Positions 63,857-64,000 of a DNA stretch of 64,000 nucleotides are shown piece after piece; within the stretch, counting starts at the first letter, position 1, and each line of letters begins with the position of its first letter. The translations under genes and the position numbers were made by a program. The notes beneath the pieces are model-generated. The model did not search any database. It was not told where the DNA came from and worked only from the letters and a program-made list of their open reading frames with translations. The stretch lies in IMG/VR virus record IMGVR_UViG_3300005827_000047, positions 1 to 64,000 of that record; one strand, given 5' to 3'. Source of the DNA: a virus.

Positions 63857-64000
63857 TTATTGTACTTTTTCTAGTTGATTTTCATTAAATATATGAAGCA
63901 ATCCATCTTCATGTTCTCCAACTACTCTTACTTCACCTTTAGTATTAGTAAATACTGCTACTATTGTACAGTTAAACTTATATCCATTAGGTTTAGTTGC
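63857..64000 (-). CDS. hypothetical protein, 3' fragment (gene continues beyond the window)
   Basis: The open frame from the window edge reads ...ATKPNGYKFNCTIVAVFTNTKGEVRVVGEHEDGLLHIFNENQLEKVQ*. The stop is 2 nt before the helicase ATG. Confidence 0.4.
   Translation of the reverse strand, partial: ATKPNGYKFNCTIVAVFTNTKGEVRVVGEHEDGLLHIFNENQLEKVQ

Noticed and set aside
1-64000. Screened by eye for tRNA or rRNA genes, CRISPR arrays, integrase or transposase genes, a diversity-generating retroelement (RT plus template and variable repeats), and stop-codon recoding.
   Set aside because: The intergenic gaps are too short for tRNAs, and none shows cloverleaf-like GC-rich arms. I saw no regularly spaced direct repeats and no RT, integrase or transposase motifs. 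The long late genes are uninterrupted under the standard code, so recoding is not indicated. A computational scan (tRNAscan-SE, minced, repeat finder) would be needed for certainty.

Overview
This window is an AT-rich (about 30% GC by eye), gene-dense segment of a bacteriophage genome with two convergent arms. No searches or structure predictions were run. All calls rest on motif recognition, gene order and hand translation.

**Plus-strand arm (59..46080), about 46 kb, late/virion block:**
- HNH endonuclease, large terminase, portal, scaffold-like protein and capsid candidate.
- Tail and fibre proteins, including a BNR/Asp-box propeller and a collagen-like fibre.
- A metallophosphoesterase, then an M15 endolysin followed by a unimolecular-spanin candidate.
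- A run of very large proteins ending in a 3331-aa polyvalent protein. It carries a zincin HExxH motif and a beta-prime-like 'NRIPNQ...GGYDFDID' double-psi-beta-barrel RNA polymerase signature. This is the hallmark of crAss-like phages.

**Minus-strand arm (46067..64000), early/replication block:**
- SF2 helicase, DnaA-domain-IV-like HTH protein, DnaB-like helicase and an AAA_24/Sak4-like ATPase.
- SSB, DnaG-type primase and a RusA-like resolvase.

**Host inference:** Shine-Dalgarno sequences are absent and TAnnTTTG boxes recur. Both point to a Bacteroidota (Flavobacteriia-like) host.

**Three observations stand out:**
1. **A phage-encoded Ubl / E1 / JAB operon (51100..55608).** It has an 81-aa beta-grasp-like protein, a ThiF/E1-like enzyme and a JAMM/JAB metalloprotease, plus two unassignable partner ORFs, all inside the replication module. 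This is my best candidate for an undescribed system.
2. **An expanded family of about 20 diverged small paralogs sharing an NLF[IL]P motif.** They lie in two translationally coupled tandem arrays (46067..48953 and about 60957..62426) plus one isolated copy. Five members are shorter than the ORF-track cutoff and were found by hand translation.
3. **A 301-nt group I intron (62544..62844) splitting the SF2 helicase gene inside motif VI (QRI|GRILR).** The supplied ORF track misses it.

I recognised no tRNA, rRNA, CRISPR array, integrase, transposase or reverse transcriptase.
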